Shown here piece by piece: positions 44,545 to 55,102 of a DNA stretch of 64,000 nucleotides. Both the position numbers and the translations under genes were made by a program. Source of the DNA: a virus; the IMG/VR virus record IMGVR_UViG_2825807022_000004. One strand, 5' to 3'. How positions within the stretch are numbered: position 1 is the first letter of the stretch; the number at the start of each line of letters is the position of its first letter. The notes beneath the pieces are model-generated. The model searched no databases and was not told the DNA's origin. It was given only the letters and a program-made list of their open reading frames with translations.

Positions 44545-46035
44545 TTATGCTGACGCCTGCAGGCGGAATTGGTTAAGAACAGCAAAAATACGTAACTGAT
44601 TAATCAGAACGCCCGTCCACAGCACATCGACCCGATTGGGGTTGCTGGCGCTCTTTTCGACAATCAGCCCTTTGGCAAAACCTTTCGCATCCTGCACATA
44701 ACCGCTAAATTCCAGCGACTGATACTGGGCAATCAACTCTGCGCGGATCACGTTGGGCGTGATAATGGCTGATCCGGGGGCGAAACGGGTACCGTCAGCA
44801 GCCAGCTTCATACGGGCAAATTTCGAGGTCACTTGAGTTCGCATATAGCGAGTAACAAACATCAGCAAAAACAGCGTTTCAATCTGCAAATAGCTGTCAT
44901 CCTCTGCGCCAAATCCGTTTTTCTGGTAGGTGGTAATGATATTCTCCACTTGCACCGTACCGTCATCGGCCACCGTGACCGTGGATATGCCGCTGTGCAG
45001 CAGGTTATTACGCTCGGTCAGAGTAAAGCGGCTGGCCAGCGGCGGAGCCAGCACACCGGCGATACTCAGCGTTTGCAACGGACGCCCCGGATCGTTACGC
45101 AAACTTTGTGCAATCGCGCCGACATAAGCCGCTGACCAGATGTAACTTGGTGTTGGCGAGCCATTCACCCCCAATAGGGAAGCATGCTGATCGTTACGTA
45201 ATTCCCCAGCCGCCGTCAGTTGGCCGTAAGTGCCCGATTGGGCGGCAAAGCTGTGACCATACAACTGTTCGGCGTAACTCCAACGACCGGTACTGTCCGA
45301 TAAAAAGTCTTTGAGTTTATTCAGAGACGCCGTATCGGTGTACGGATTGATGATGAAATCAAAGGTGCGATCCTGCAAATTAGCCAGGGCATCATCCAGT
45401 TCCGGCGCACCGGCACCGCCCGACATCGGGGTGATCGTCAGTGCCAGACTGTCCGGCGTGTTTTCCCCACCGGCACTGCCCAGATAGTTCAGGCGCACAT
45501 CAATCGCGTTGCCGTGAGCACCTTTATTTTTGGCGGTTAAGGTAATCACCCCCGCCGCCGCCGTCGCTATCACGGGTAAAGCCGTGGCCGCATTAATTGC
45601 TGCGGTCAACGCCGTGGCAATGGTGGCAACGTCATCAGTGGCCACCACCGCAATCTGCACCCGAATACCGGCGATATACAGTGAAATCGCGCCCGTAGCC
45701 GATGCCGGAGTGGTCACCGTGATTTTACCGGTTGCCGCCACCATCGCTTCTGCATCGCTCAAGGGTAAGATATAAATCTCACCGGCAATATCATTCGCCA
45801 GATACGCGGCCATTTGCCCCTGCAACATCGAACCCGCACCGCATAACCCGGCCACGGTGGCCACAGAAGAAACCAGTACCGGTAGATTGGGTGGAAGTGT
45901 GGCCGCTGCCAGCATTTGCCCGATGATTAAGGTGCGCTGCGTGGTGGTTGCCGAGTTTGCCTGCGAATTATCGAACTCGGCGAAGAAAAGCGGCGTCCGC
46001 AGGTTGTTCGGAATATGGCTAAAAGGAAGGGTCAT
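44545..46035 (-). CDS. Tail sheath protein
   Basis: Differs from copy A by four visible residues. Confidence 0.92.
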   Translation of the reverse strand: MTLPFSHIPNNLRTPLFFAEFDNSQANSATTTQRTLIIGQMLAAATLPPNLPVLVSSVATVAGLCGAGSMLQGQMAAYLANDIAGEIYILPLSDAEAMVAATGKITVTTPASATGAISLYIAGIRVQIAVVATDDVATIATALTAAINAATALPVIATAAAGVITLTAKNKGAHGNAIDVRLNYLGSAGGENTPDSLALTITPMSGGAGAPELDDALANLQDRTFDFIINPYTDTASLNKLKDFLSDSTGRWSYAEQLYGHSFAAQSGTYGQLTAAGELRNDQHASLLGVNGSPTPSYIWSAAYVGAIAQSLRNDPGRPLQTLSIAGVLAPPLASRFTLTERNNLLHSGISTVTVADDGTVQVENIITTYQKNGFGAEDDSYLQIETLFLLMFVTRYMRTQVTSKFARMKLAADGTRFAPGSAIITPNVIRAELIAQYQSLEFSGYVQDAKGFAKGLIVEKSASNPNRVDVLWTGVLINQLRIFAVLNQFRLQASA

Positions 46036-46226
46036 TATGGTTTTTTCTCCACTTGAGTGGCTTCAGGTGCGGGTTTCACTTTCGGCTCTGGAACGCACAC
46101 CACGTCACCGTCATTTAATCGGCGACGCCAAAAAGAATTGTCGGGAACCTCTGCGCCAGTTTCAGGCAAAAAGGTGCCCTTCACCGGATCGCGTACTGAG
46201 CGACCGGTTACGGGTTGTACAATCAT
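46035..46226 (-). CDS. DUF2635 / Mu gp38-like protein
   Basis: Identical to 3084..3275. Confidence 0.75.
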   Translation of the reverse strand: MIVQPVTGRSVRDPVKGTFLPETGAEVPDNSFWRRRLNDGDVVCVPEPKVKPAPEATQVEKKP

Positions 46227-46237
46227 GGAATTGACTC

Positions 46238-46777
46238 CTAAAGGTTGATAGCTACCAGCGGTTCTGGTGCGCCATCGGGCATGGCAATAGTGACGTCAAT
46301 ACCCGCCAGCGGCTCGGCATCGATAGGATAGAAATCTTCCGGGCCTTGGTAATATTCAATATCCAATTCCATCAGCAGTTGAGCCATATGCCCTTCGCCC
46401 GAGGAATCAATATCAATCGTGGAGCGTACTCGCGCGAATTGCTGAATTTTCCGCGTCAGTTCATAGCTATTAATCACCGCCCGCTCGACCTGATCGCGCA
46501 ACCGCTCTAAGGCCAGCTCCGCTTTTACCGCGCCATCATCGGCGAGTTCACTGTCAAACTCTTGCAGGCGACCAGTGATACGAACGGTAGTGATGGTATT
46601 GAACTGCGGGGCGTTACGACCCAGTGACTGTTTTTCCTCAATCAAGGTTTGGATCAGCAGTACCGGATACATCTCTTCGGTGGTTGGCCAGTCACGCGGA
46701 GAATAAACACGGTGATCTGCGTCGGTATTCCCCTGTAGAGCCGCCACCACCCGTTCTCTTACCTGAGCTGTATTCAT
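46238..46777 (-). CDS. Tail completion/terminator-like protein (intact)
   Basis: 179 aa; VYSPRDWP...YPVLLI; position before sheath. Confidence 0.7.
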   Translation of the reverse strand: MNTAQVRERVVAALQGNTDADHRVYSPRDWPTTEEMYPVLLIQTLIEEKQSLGRNAPQFNTITTVRITGRLQEFDSELADDGAVKAELALERLRDQVERAVINSYELTRKIQQFARVRSTIDIDSSGEGHMAQLLMELDIEYYQGPEDFYPIDAEPLAGIDVTIAMPDGAPEPLVAINL

Positions 46778-47121
46778 GTTTTTTTGACCTGATTAAGAAT
46801 CAGTTTACTGCCACCGTGACTATCGGGCTGAACGTCCGACACGGTGAACAGCGTATTGATGGTCACGCCACCGGCCACAGCAATAAATACCCGGTCACCC
46901 TGTTTAGGCAGCGAACGAAATTCACTGTCTCTTACGCCTAAAACCGGCTTAGTGGTATTGATGGTGCTGCCATCGTCGAGCGGTTCAATATCCTGCGTAT
47001 ACGCCCGGTCAAAGATACCGCTGACGGTGTAAGCGGCGCCACCCGCAGGCCGGTATTCAACCGGATCGCCAAATACCGAATGCAATGGCGCAAGAAGATG
47101 CTGATCCCAGTGGATGCCCAT
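46774..47121 (-). CDS. Head-tail joining protein (FII-like)
   Basis: Identical to 5060..5407. Confidence 0.6.
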   Translation of the reverse strand: MGIHWDQHLLAPLHSVFGDPVEYRPAGGAAYTVSGIFDRAYTQDIEPLDDGSTINTTKPVLGVRDSEFRSLPKQGDRVFIAVAGGVTINTLFTVSDVQPDSHGGSKLILNQVKKT

Positions 47122-47124
47122 ACG

Positions 47125-47496
47125 CTAGCCTTCCTGAGTGACGATAACGCCATTGTTAACCTGAATCATCGGCGCACCGGCTGCTTCGCGGGCAGCGGCT
47201 TGCTTTCTCAAAGCATCCAACGTAATGACAAAACCTGCATCAATCAGAGTGACCACATCGTCAAGATCATCGAGAACCAAGGTATTGCTTTCGAGATAGA
47301 GCTTGTCGTTATGCTTCACTGAACGCCCCTTAAGCACCACAACCGTGGTGCTGAGAGAGTCCGTGTCACCGGGGAATGCCTGATCTTCTCCATCAGGTGT
47401 TTCTAACTGAGTGTCAGTCCCTTCAAACTGTTCCGCAGGGATAGTTTTCTCTATCTCTACCCCTGACTCATCCGGGATCTCTTTTTGCTTCGCCAT
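47125..47496 (-). CDS. Hypothetical virion-region protein
   Basis: One residue differs from copy A (F vs L). Confidence 0.6.
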   Translation of the reverse strand: MAKQKEIPDESGVEIEKTIPAEQFEGTDTQLETPDGEDQAFPGDTDSLSTTVVVLKGRSVKHNDKLYLESNTLVLDDLDDVVTLIDAGFVITLDALRKQAAAREAAGAPMIQVNNGVIVTQEG

Positions 47497-47497
47497 C

Positions 47498-48544
47498 TCA
47501 CACCACCTTTGCGCACAGAGTGGCATTGACCCGGCTTGGAATCACCAGCGGGGAAGATTGCATCAGCAGGAAACGTTGAGCCGGATCTTCCTGAAGCCAG
47601 CTTTTCGGCGCATAGGCCATGGGACCATAGTTGAAGGCCGGATCGAGAATAGCGGCAAAGCTGCGCGTTCCCATCAAATCGGCACCGGACATAATGACCA
47701 AGCCATCAGCCAGCATCGGTTTTTCAACCCCATCAACCGGGTCAATGTACCAATCGTTATAGAGCCACAAATCAAACTGACCCCAACGGCCTTTATACAC
47801 CGCGCCTTTGCCCACGCGCGCACCGGCATCAATCTGATTGCCAAACGGGCTTAATGCCGGGAAGACGATGGCGTTGTCTTTGATGGTGGTATCCAGTCGG
47901 AACGCGCGCCATGACGAGGTGGTAAACACCAGGTCGGTCACGACTGCACCAGAGTCTTTCAGTACCTGAGTCTGCCACAACTCAATATCTTGCGAAGGCT
48001 TGTCGTTGGTTGCCCCTGCCGCAACCACCATCGGCCATTTGTCACTACCACTGAGGGCGACGGTTAACGCGGCAGAACGACCAAAATCAATCACGGTGGT
48101 GTCAAAACCTTCACCGGTGACGGTGATGGTACCGGACGCCAGCGCATTGGCGGCCATCCACTCCAGTCGGCGGTTGACCATATCGATCTGATCGGCCATT
48201 TCGAATTGCAGATTTAGCATTTCACGCTCGGCGGCGGTGTACTCGCCACCAATCCGCTCACCAATCTGGCGACGGATTGGCTTACGCAGATCAGGTGCGC
48301 GCTTATCTTTGATGTACGGCGGTTTAAAGGTATTGGTTTGCAGACGGCGACTTTCTACCAGCTTGCCCTGCACCAGCGGCGAAACGAACGGAGCCATACG
48401 ACGCTGCCCTACATCCACATCGATGGACACAAACTCGGTATCAGAGGTCACCACGTTGGGAAAGAATCGGTCGAGTAAGAAATTTTGTGAGGTTTTCAGG
48501 TTGGGGACGGTCTGCACCAACACATTGGTATCAAAAATATTCAT
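47498..48544 (-). CDS. Major capsid protein (gpE family)
   Basis: Identical to 5784..6830. Confidence 0.9.
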   Translation of the reverse strand: MNIFDTNVLVQTVPNLKTSQNFLLDRFFPNVVTSDTEFVSIDVDVGQRRMAPFVSPLVQGKLVESRRLQTNTFKPPYIKDKRAPDLRKPIRRQIGERIGGEYTAAEREMLNLQFEMADQIDMVNRRLEWMAANALASGTITVTGEGFDTTVIDFGRSAALTVALSGSDKWPMVVAAGATNDKPSQDIELWQTQVLKDSGAVVTDLVFTTSSWRAFRLDTTIKDNAIVFPALSPFGNQIDAGARVGKGAVYKGRWGQFDLWLYNDWYIDPVDGVEKPMLADGLVIMSGADLMGTRSFAAILDPAFNYGPMAYAPKSWLQEDPAQRFLLMQSSPLVIPSRVNATLCAKVV

Positions 48545-48648
48545 GAAATCTCTCTATAAAATAGCCCGACAACCTGCGCTGCCGGACGGAATGAAGGCGT
48601 GCAACGCCCTACCAAAGAAATGGCATCAGTCAATACAGACAAACAGAG

Positions 48649-49047
48649 TTAGGTATTAGACGCGGTCAGGCTGCTACGGAGGAAAATAGAATACGGACGA
48701 AGAGCCACAGCAAGATCGGCCAGCGTCCAGCTGTCATCAAAAATAACCCGATGTTGATTAAACTCGCCCATCAGATAAACCCCAGCCTGAACTGCACCAG
48801 TCGTGGCATCGGCGTCATCAACCAAAATAGCGCAAGGTACTTGACTGCCATCCGTCGCCGTTTTAACCGATTGGATATAGGCTTTAGTCGTCGTGATTTG
48901 CCCCAAAACCGTACCCCGTCGCAGAACACCCGCAGAAAGGCTGACGGTATCGGTGACCAGTTGCAGCGGCCCACTGACCAGTTGATCCGGAACAAAAACC
49001 GCCTGAGTGACGCCGGGAGTAAAACTATTCTGTCCTATCTCATTCAT
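48649..49047 (-). CDS. Head decoration protein
   Basis: Identical to 6935..7333. Confidence 0.8.
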   Translation of the reverse strand: MNEIGQNSFTPGVTQAVFVPDQLVSGPLQLVTDTVSLSAGVLRRGTVLGQITTTKAYIQSVKTATDGSQVPCAILVDDADATTGAVQAGVYLMGEFNQHRVIFDDSWTLADLAVALRPYSIFLRSSLTASNT

Positions 49048-49670
49048 GATTTTTTACCTACCGTTTGGTTATACAAACCCGTCATTTTACTGACCAGCGC
49101 CTGAGCCGAGCCGCTTGGGGCATCGGCCGCATCCTGACCCACTTGCACATTACCCAACGCCTGCATCCGCTCATCCAGAGAACGCTTGCGAGGGGTTGAT
49201 GCTGCGGGGGTCGCCGCTGAAGTTGAGGCCAGCACGCGAATAACTGCGGCAGAACTCATGCCGGAGTTCAACGCCAGTGAAGCGGCTAAATCCACGCGAC
49301 CCGCTGCATGTTTGCTGCCAAAAATCCTTGCACAGCGCTTACGCTCAGCCCGACGACCCTTTTTAACATTGCGGTCTTCGTCTTCATCATCGCCGTCATC
49401 GTCTTCCCCCTCATCCGCATCGGCGTCATCGCTGTCGTCTTCTGCATCAGGGTCTTTTTCATCCTGATCGTCATCATCGCTTTCAGCGCGACGCCCCTTG
49501 GCTTTTTTGCCGTTTTTTTCCTCGTCTTCGTTATCGTCCTGATCCTCATCATCTTCAGCATGACGGCCTTTAGCCTTCTTCGACTTTTCCTTATCCTTAT
49601 CCTCTTCATTTTCTTCAGATGCCTTGGCACCACGGCCAAACAGGTGAGAAAAACCTTTAATTTTCGCCAT
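49044..49670 (-). CDS. Probable scaffolding protein
   Basis: Identical to 7330..7956. Confidence 0.6.
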   Translation of the reverse strand: MAKIKGFSHLFGRGAKASEENEEDKDKEKSKKAKGRHAEDDEDQDDNEDEEKNGKKAKGRRAESDDDDQDEKDPDAEDDSDDADADEGEDDDGDDEDEDRNVKKGRRAERKRCARIFGSKHAAGRVDLAASLALNSGMSSAAVIRVLASTSAATPAASTPRKRSLDERMQALGNVQVGQDAADAPSGSAQALVSKMTGLYNQTVGKKS

Positions 49671-50527
49671 TACTCTTCTCCAACTTGGTTTAATAAAGCC
49701 CGGAATGCGGTATCCGGTGCGGCCACTTCATCAGCCAGCCCCAGTTGCACGCCGTCAGCGGCCAACAAGCAGGCCGCCTGAGTATCCCGAATGATTTTTT
49801 CTGCTATCCCGCGATTGCGGGCAACGGTACTGACAAATAAGCGCCCCATTTCATCAACATCAGACTGGATGGACTGCTGTGCCTCTTCACTTAACGGGGT
49901 GTAAGGGTTAGATTCAGCCTTGCGATCGCCGTAGGTAATGATGGTCACCTGTAGGCCATCGGCTTTGATACGCTGCGACCAATCCACATGCATCACAATC
50001 ACCCCCACCGACCCCACGCCACCGGTTCGCGGTACCACAATCCGGTCGGCGGCACTCGCCAGCGCGTAAGCCGCCGAATAGGCATTCTCTGACAAGATGG
50101 CCCAGATCGGCTTTTGCCCACGAGAAGCATAAATTTCATCAACCAGATCAAAACATCCGGCCACCTCACCGCCGGGCGAATCAATATCCAGGCAAATACC
50201 CTTGACGGTTTTGTCATACAGCGCCCGGAGAAAACAGGCGCGGATGCCGTCATAGCCCGTCATGCCACTGTAGGGGCGCAAACTCCCCAGTTTCTGCACC
50301 AAGGTGCCCTGAATAGGAATGATGGCAATCCCCTCAACGACGTCATAGCCGGTATCCCGGCCTTTGCGGGTAAAAACTTCATCATCGTCGTCACCCCAGT
50401 CAGTACTGGACTGAATGCGGGTCAGGCCGAATCTGTCGGTCAGCGCGGCCATCACCACTTCCGCTTTGCGCGGATGTAGCGCCAGCGGGGTATTGAACAG
50501 CCGCTGAGCCAAGTGCGGTAAATTCAC
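49670..50527 (-). CDS. S49 prohead protease
   Basis: Identical to 7956..8813. Confidence 0.9.
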   Translation of the reverse strand: MNLPHLAQRLFNTPLALHPRKAEVVMAALTDRFGLTRIQSSTDWGDDDDEVFTRKGRDTGYDVVEGIAIIPIQGTLVQKLGSLRPYSGMTGYDGIRACFLRALYDKTVKGICLDIDSPGGEVAGCFDLVDEIYASRGQKPIWAILSENAYSAAYALASAADRIVVPRTGGVGSVGVIVMHVDWSQRIKADGLQVTIITYGDRKAESNPYTPLSEEAQQSIQSDVDEMGRLFVSTVARNRGIAEKIIRDTQAACLLAADGVQLGLADEVAAPDTAFRALLNQVGEE

Positions 50528-52158
50528 GGTGCCTCCGGTTTTTGTTGTTGGTCAGGCGCAAAGGTTTCGGCTTGCAGCCAGGTGGGGATAGGTAAATCTC
50601 GTTCGATATAGGCCTGACGTTCCCGCTGGCGCTGATCCAGCAATTCTTCCCAGTCTTCGCCCACGTTTTCGGCCGCCTCCATTTCGAGGGTGGATAGCCC
50701 GGCTTCCATGCCTAGAATGGCGCCTTTCTTCTCGGCAACTGGATCGACCCAGCCGCGACCTGGCCCCATCCATTGAGCACGGCAATATGCCGCTTTAGCA
50801 GCAAGGAAATCCGGCGCACCCGCAGGTAAAGGAACCTCACCTAAATCATGCAGTTCTTCGATAAAGCACGACAAAATGGGCTGAGCCATTCCTGCGGCAA
50901 AATCATCCCGCCGACGAGTCAGGGTTTTCCACGCCTCCAGCATGGCTGAACGGGCTGAACTGTAATTCACATCAGACCAGTCCTGCGTTAACTGTTGGGT
51001 GGAAATGCCCAGCGCCGCCGCCACGTTGCGCAAAGCGGCACTTTCAAACGCCGTAAAGTTGCTGGTCGGTCTGGCCGCGTTAAGCGTGGTCATCGACTCC
51101 CCTGGTGCCAGAATGGGAATACGCGCGCCAGATTGCAGAGAAATTCGCTTCTCATCGTGAAACTCTCGACGCAGATCCTGATACTTGCTGACATCATCAT
51201 TATCCAGCGCATCGCCGACTAACTGAGGGTCATAAGGTGAGGTGATATAGGCGGCAAACACGGAATTCAGAATGGAAGCTTCCAGCTCCACCTGATCGTA
51301 CTTAATCAACATTTTCAGGCGCTGTACTATCGGGGTAAAAATACTGATGCCCCGATGTTGGGAAGCCCGCTCTGCGTCAAAATCATGAATAACAATCGGA
51401 CGTCCCCACGGCGTTTCACGGGGAATACGCTCCCAGGTCATGGTTGCCGCACCACTCCACCAGTCACCCATATGAGCCTTACGGATGTGGTAGGCCACCG
51501 GCACGCCATCTGCATCGATTTCCACGCCACCGCGAATAGTCGGCATATCAAAATTCTGCTGCGGATTACACAACCGGTCTGGGTCAACCACCTGCATCGC
51601 GGTGGCATATTGCGCCCGTCCGTAACCGAGACGATCGGGCCGATATTGCATCACGCACAGCGCATCGCCATCCGTCAGTTTGTGGCGAAAAGCCAGCCGT
51701 AACAATTGGGACACGGTTTTCTTGCGCTCGACATCGCTGTAACGCCCCGGATCGTTTGCCCAAGTACGCCACCCCGACTCTACCGCGCGACCATATTCAT
51801 CTGCCCATTTGGCATCAAAGGCTTTATTGCCGGTCATCAACGCCAGAGTGCGATAGTCCACTTTAGCCAGTGGCCGGAAATCCGCGCCAACAGCGTTATC
51901 CAGAATGCGGGTAACGCTGCCAGATGCCCAGCCATCGTTACGCACCATGTCGCGGACGCGGGAAACCACCCGGTCACGGTAAATATTGATTTCATTATCC
52001 GGCGACCACAGCGCCGGTTGCCAGTTAGCCATTGAATCGCTGAATGAATCAGCAGCGTCGTAAGGCACACCACCCGATCCGTTTAGCATGGATGCACGGG
52101 AGCGTGAGGGTGCCAGTGGGCGGCCATCCGGCCCCAATATCCTCACTTCATTTTTCAT
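50524..52158 (-). CDS. Portal protein, lambda family
   Basis: Identical to 8810..10444. Confidence 0.92.
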   Translation of the reverse strand: MKNEVRILGPDGRPLAPSRSRASMLNGSGGVPYDAADSFSDSMANWQPALWSPDNEINIYRDRVVSRVRDMVRNDGWASGSVTRILDNAVGADFRPLAKVDYRTLALMTGNKAFDAKWADEYGRAVESGWRTWANDPGRYSDVERKKTVSQLLRLAFRHKLTDGDALCVMQYRPDRLGYGRAQYATAMQVVDPDRLCNPQQNFDMPTIRGGVEIDADGVPVAYHIRKAHMGDWWSGAATMTWERIPRETPWGRPIVIHDFDAERASQHRGISIFTPIVQRLKMLIKYDQVELEASILNSVFAAYITSPYDPQLVGDALDNDDVSKYQDLRREFHDEKRISLQSGARIPILAPGESMTTLNAARPTSNFTAFESAALRNVAAALGISTQQLTQDWSDVNYSSARSAMLEAWKTLTRRRDDFAAGMAQPILSCFIEELHDLGEVPLPAGAPDFLAAKAAYCRAQWMGPGRGWVDPVAEKKGAILGMEAGLSTLEMEAAENVGEDWEELLDQRQRERQAYIERDLPIPTWLQAETFAPDQQQKPEAP

Positions 52159-52421
52159 CAGTAACGAAACCTCAGCGCCCTGCGTGAACGCTTAACAATG
52201 CCTAACTGAGCCTGCAAAATCTGAATAAGCCCCACAAGGCCACTGATATCGGTCTGTTGATAGGTCACTGACCGAGTACCATCACCCTGTGCATAAGAAA
52301 ACGACACCCCTTTCGCGCCAGAAGACAGCTCGATATAAGCCTGCTGCGCGCGGGTTAATGCTTCCTGTAATTGGGCGCGAGTCATCGCACCGGCCAACAG
52401 GCTGGTGTTTGCATCGAACAT
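52158..52421 (-). CDS. gpW-like head-tail joining protein
   Basis: Identical to 10444..10707. Confidence 0.75.
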   Translation of the reverse strand: MFDANTSLLAGAMTRAQLQEALTRAQQAYIELSSGAKGVSFSYAQGDGTRSVTYQQTDISGLVGLIQILQAQLGIVKRSRRALRFRY

Positions 52422-52429
52422 AGAAATCC

Positions 52430-54409
52430 TTATGCCAGCCGTCTGGCAATGCGTTTAGGTGAAGGAGGATCTGATTCTTTGATAATGGCTCCGGGCAGGC
52501 GCAGACTGTTTTTTTCTTCGACCTCAACTGGCGGCGGTAACAACCGCTCGGGGTGAGTCAGAATTTTGTCTGCGGTTTGATTGAGTTTGAAACCCAAATG
52601 CAGCAAACCACATAAAGCCGCGTAGCTATAGACCCGGCAATCCAGCGCCTCATTAGCCCGACCCGGTAGTTGCTCCCAGACCCGATAACGTTGCCCACCT
52701 GAAATTTTGACTACCGAACGCTCCGCCAGTAATTGGCTGAAATAATGCAGATCCCGATCGGCTGGAAAGTGCATGCAGCCCGCCGATTCGCTACCCGGTG
52801 CCGGGAGATCAATATGCAGACGAGAGCGAATGGCATCTTTAGCCGCATTAACGCCTAAAATAATCGGCCTGAACTGGGATTTTGAACGGGACGAAGGCTT
52901 TTTAGTCGGCCAGACCGGAGAGCGTTTCCCCCCACGCGCGGATTCCCCTTTTATCGCCCAAATACGCCGACCAAGCCGCTCTTTGGCAAACTCGTACACC
53001 TTCTGGGTATGGTGACCACCGGAATCCATGCAAGCGGCCATAATGGTAAAACCTCTGCCATCAGCTCGCCGCCAGATTTGTTTCAGATAGGCATCCAGCC
53101 GCAACCAAGGCTCGTCAGTTTGCAAATCCCCCTCAATGACATCAAAAGCAACTGACCAGCTTTCTTCATTTTTGCCCCACCCCGTCACCTCAATTTCAAA
53201 GCGGTCATCTTGCGTATCAATACCGGCGGTTAATACCGCCACACCATCCGGCACTTCTGCGGCGAAGAGTTCACAGCGTTCAATCAGTTTCTTTTCGCTC
53301 AGGGCTTTCTCGCCGCGATCTTCATAAGGTTCACCCAAGACCAGGTTGATAAAGGTCTGGCGCATTAAAGCGTCATCTTTTACCCGCAACCATTCAGCCA
53401 CCAGATATTTCCAAGCAGCATTAGGGAACAGGCTGTATCCCGCCCAGATATGAAAACCGGCATGACCTTTAAATGTTTTTGTTGCCTGCCACTTCCCGCG
53501 TTTTACCATCCCAGCCTTTTCGTTGTGATGAATGACACAACCATTGTGACGGCAGACATAGTAAGCCGTGTCTGGCAAGCCCACCCCGTCCGCATCTTTA
53601 TCCCACTTGATGCCGTAAGGCGTATCTGGCCCACCCCATTCCAGCGTTTGATATTCGCCGCACTGCGGACAAGGAACGTAATACTTCCGCTGGTCGCTCT
53701 CATCGTAGGCTTTTTCAATTCGGCTGATCCCTTTAACCGTGGGCGTCGAACCCAGCACTATTTTGCGGTTCCAGAAGGTTTCAGAACGTTTGGTACCCAG
53801 CGCTATTTGGTCGCCATCCACCCCAGCACCGGAAACAGGGTAGCCATCCACCTCATCGAACAAAATGATGCGACAGGTAATACGCCGGAAACCGCCAGGG
53901 CTATTAGCGCCTACCAGGGTCAGATTCGAACCGTTGAGAAATTGTTTTTTCAGGATAGTTTGATTGCTGTTTTTGGCTTTCAGATCGCCCGAGATCGCCT
54001 TTAAGGCCGGAGTATCGCGCAGCATCGGGGTAATTTCGGTTTTACTGTAATCCTCGGCATCTTCGACCCGAGGCTGAACCACCAGAATTGGCGAGGGGTC
54101 ATGTGCCAGATAATAGCCAATCACATGGTCGAGAATTTTGGTGTAGCCGACGCGGGCTGATTTCATCACCGAAACCTGTGTAACACGGGGATCGGTAATC
54201 GCATCCATCATGCCATCCTGATAGGCAAATGAACGGAAGCGACCGGTTTGCGCACTGGTTTCCTTCGACAAAACCGCATACTTATTGGCCCACTCGCTCA
54301 ATGACAACGGCTCGGGCGGTTTGATATTGCTTCTTCGTTGATACAGCTCTTTGGTGAAATTATCCCAGGCCGATAAATTAGCTGTCCCCTCGGGTGTTAT
54401 CGGTATCAA
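52430..54409 (-). CDS. Terminase large subunit, lambda gpA family (intact)
   Basis: 659 aa; MKSARVGYT, FDEVD, GSTP, CPQCGEYQ, GIDTQ, NEALDC. Confidence 0.95.
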   Translation of the reverse strand: MIPITPEGTANLSAWDNFTKELYQRRSNIKPPEPLSLSEWANKYAVLSKETSAQTGRFRSFAYQDGMMDAITDPRVTQVSVMKSARVGYTKILDHVIGYYLAHDPSPILVVQPRVEDAEDYSKTEITPMLRDTPALKAISGDLKAKNSNQTILKKQFLNGSNLTLVGANSPGGFRRITCRIILFDEVDGYPVSGAGVDGDQIALGTKRSETFWNRKIVLGSTPTVKGISRIEKAYDESDQRKYYVPCPQCGEYQTLEWGGPDTPYGIKWDKDADGVGLPDTAYYVCRHNGCVIHHNEKAGMVKRGKWQATKTFKGHAGFHIWAGYSLFPNAAWKYLVAEWLRVKDDALMRQTFINLVLGEPYEDRGEKALSEKKLIERCELFAAEVPDGVAVLTAGIDTQDDRFEIEVTGWGKNEESWSVAFDVIEGDLQTDEPWLRLDAYLKQIWRRADGRGFTIMAACMDSGGHHTQKVYEFAKERLGRRIWAIKGESARGGKRSPVWPTKKPSSRSKSQFRPIILGVNAAKDAIRSRLHIDLPAPGSESAGCMHFPADRDLHYFSQLLAERSVVKISGGQRYRVWEQLPGRANEALDCRVYSYAALCGLLHLGFKLNQTADKILTHPERLLPPPVEVEEKNSLRLPGAIIKESDPPSPKRIARRLA

Positions 54410-54977
54410 GGCTTAATTCCTCCATTGCCTCATAAACCACTTCTTGCAGTGCTGTCACAAACTCCGCGTCGTCGGTGGTTGAGGCCAGAACCCGCAAGCG
54501 GGGACCCTGTTCTGGAGCGATAGCAATCAACCGGGTTCGCATACGGGAATACTCTTGCCCTACCGCCTCGGTCATTTCTTTATAGGGGAGTACCTGCCCG
54601 GATTTGATCTCGTACTCAAGCCTGGTAAGCAGCGCCAGAAAGTTTTCTTTCATTTCGCGGGCTTCATCGATGGTCATATCGACGCCGTTCTCGGCAATCA
54701 TCTTCTCGACAATTTTGGCTGGTGACTCCGCCGGATCGCCGTCGGATTTGTTACCCAGTCTGTTACCCTTGCGGTTGTTACCCGGTTTGTTACCTTGCAT
54801 GTTACCTGCGGCTTTTTTCTCTGGTCGGGTAACAGTTTTGCGAAAGCGCTCAATGTTAGCGTTTGAAGCCTCAACATCGATGTCATCACCGGCCAGAACC
54901 AGCCACCCGCGCGCCTTCCACGTCGTTACCGTTTTGCGGCTGACATCGTGAAGTTTGGCAAAATCTGACTGATTCAT
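54378..54977 (-). CDS. Terminase small subunit (intact) with GN repeats
   Basis: N-terminal wHTH (FAKLHDVSRKTVTTWK); overlaps terL start. Confidence 0.88.
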   Translation of the reverse strand: MNQSDFAKLHDVSRKTVTTWKARGWLVLAGDDIDVEASNANIERFRKTVTRPEKKAAGNMQGNKPGNNRKGNRLGNKSDGDPAESPAKIVEKMIAENGVDMTIDEAREMKENFLALLTRLEYEIKSGQVLPYKEMTEAVGQEYSRMRTRLIAIAPEQGPRLRVLASTTDDAEFVTALQEVVYEAMEELSLDTDNTRGDS

Positions 54978-55039
54978 CTGTTACCTCGTTGTTACCTGTT
55001 ACCCAAATTTCAAAAGTTCATAGCTAGACGCAGAACGCG

Positions 55040-55081
55040 GCGCGCAATGCCCGTGCAGTAAATAAGTCGTGGGAAGGACCC
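55040..55081 (-). promoter_or_regulatory. Putative cos site, copy B
   Basis: Same sequence as 13318-13359. Confidence 0.65.
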
Positions 55082-55102
55082 AAAAAATTCTGAGGAGGAA
55101 CA

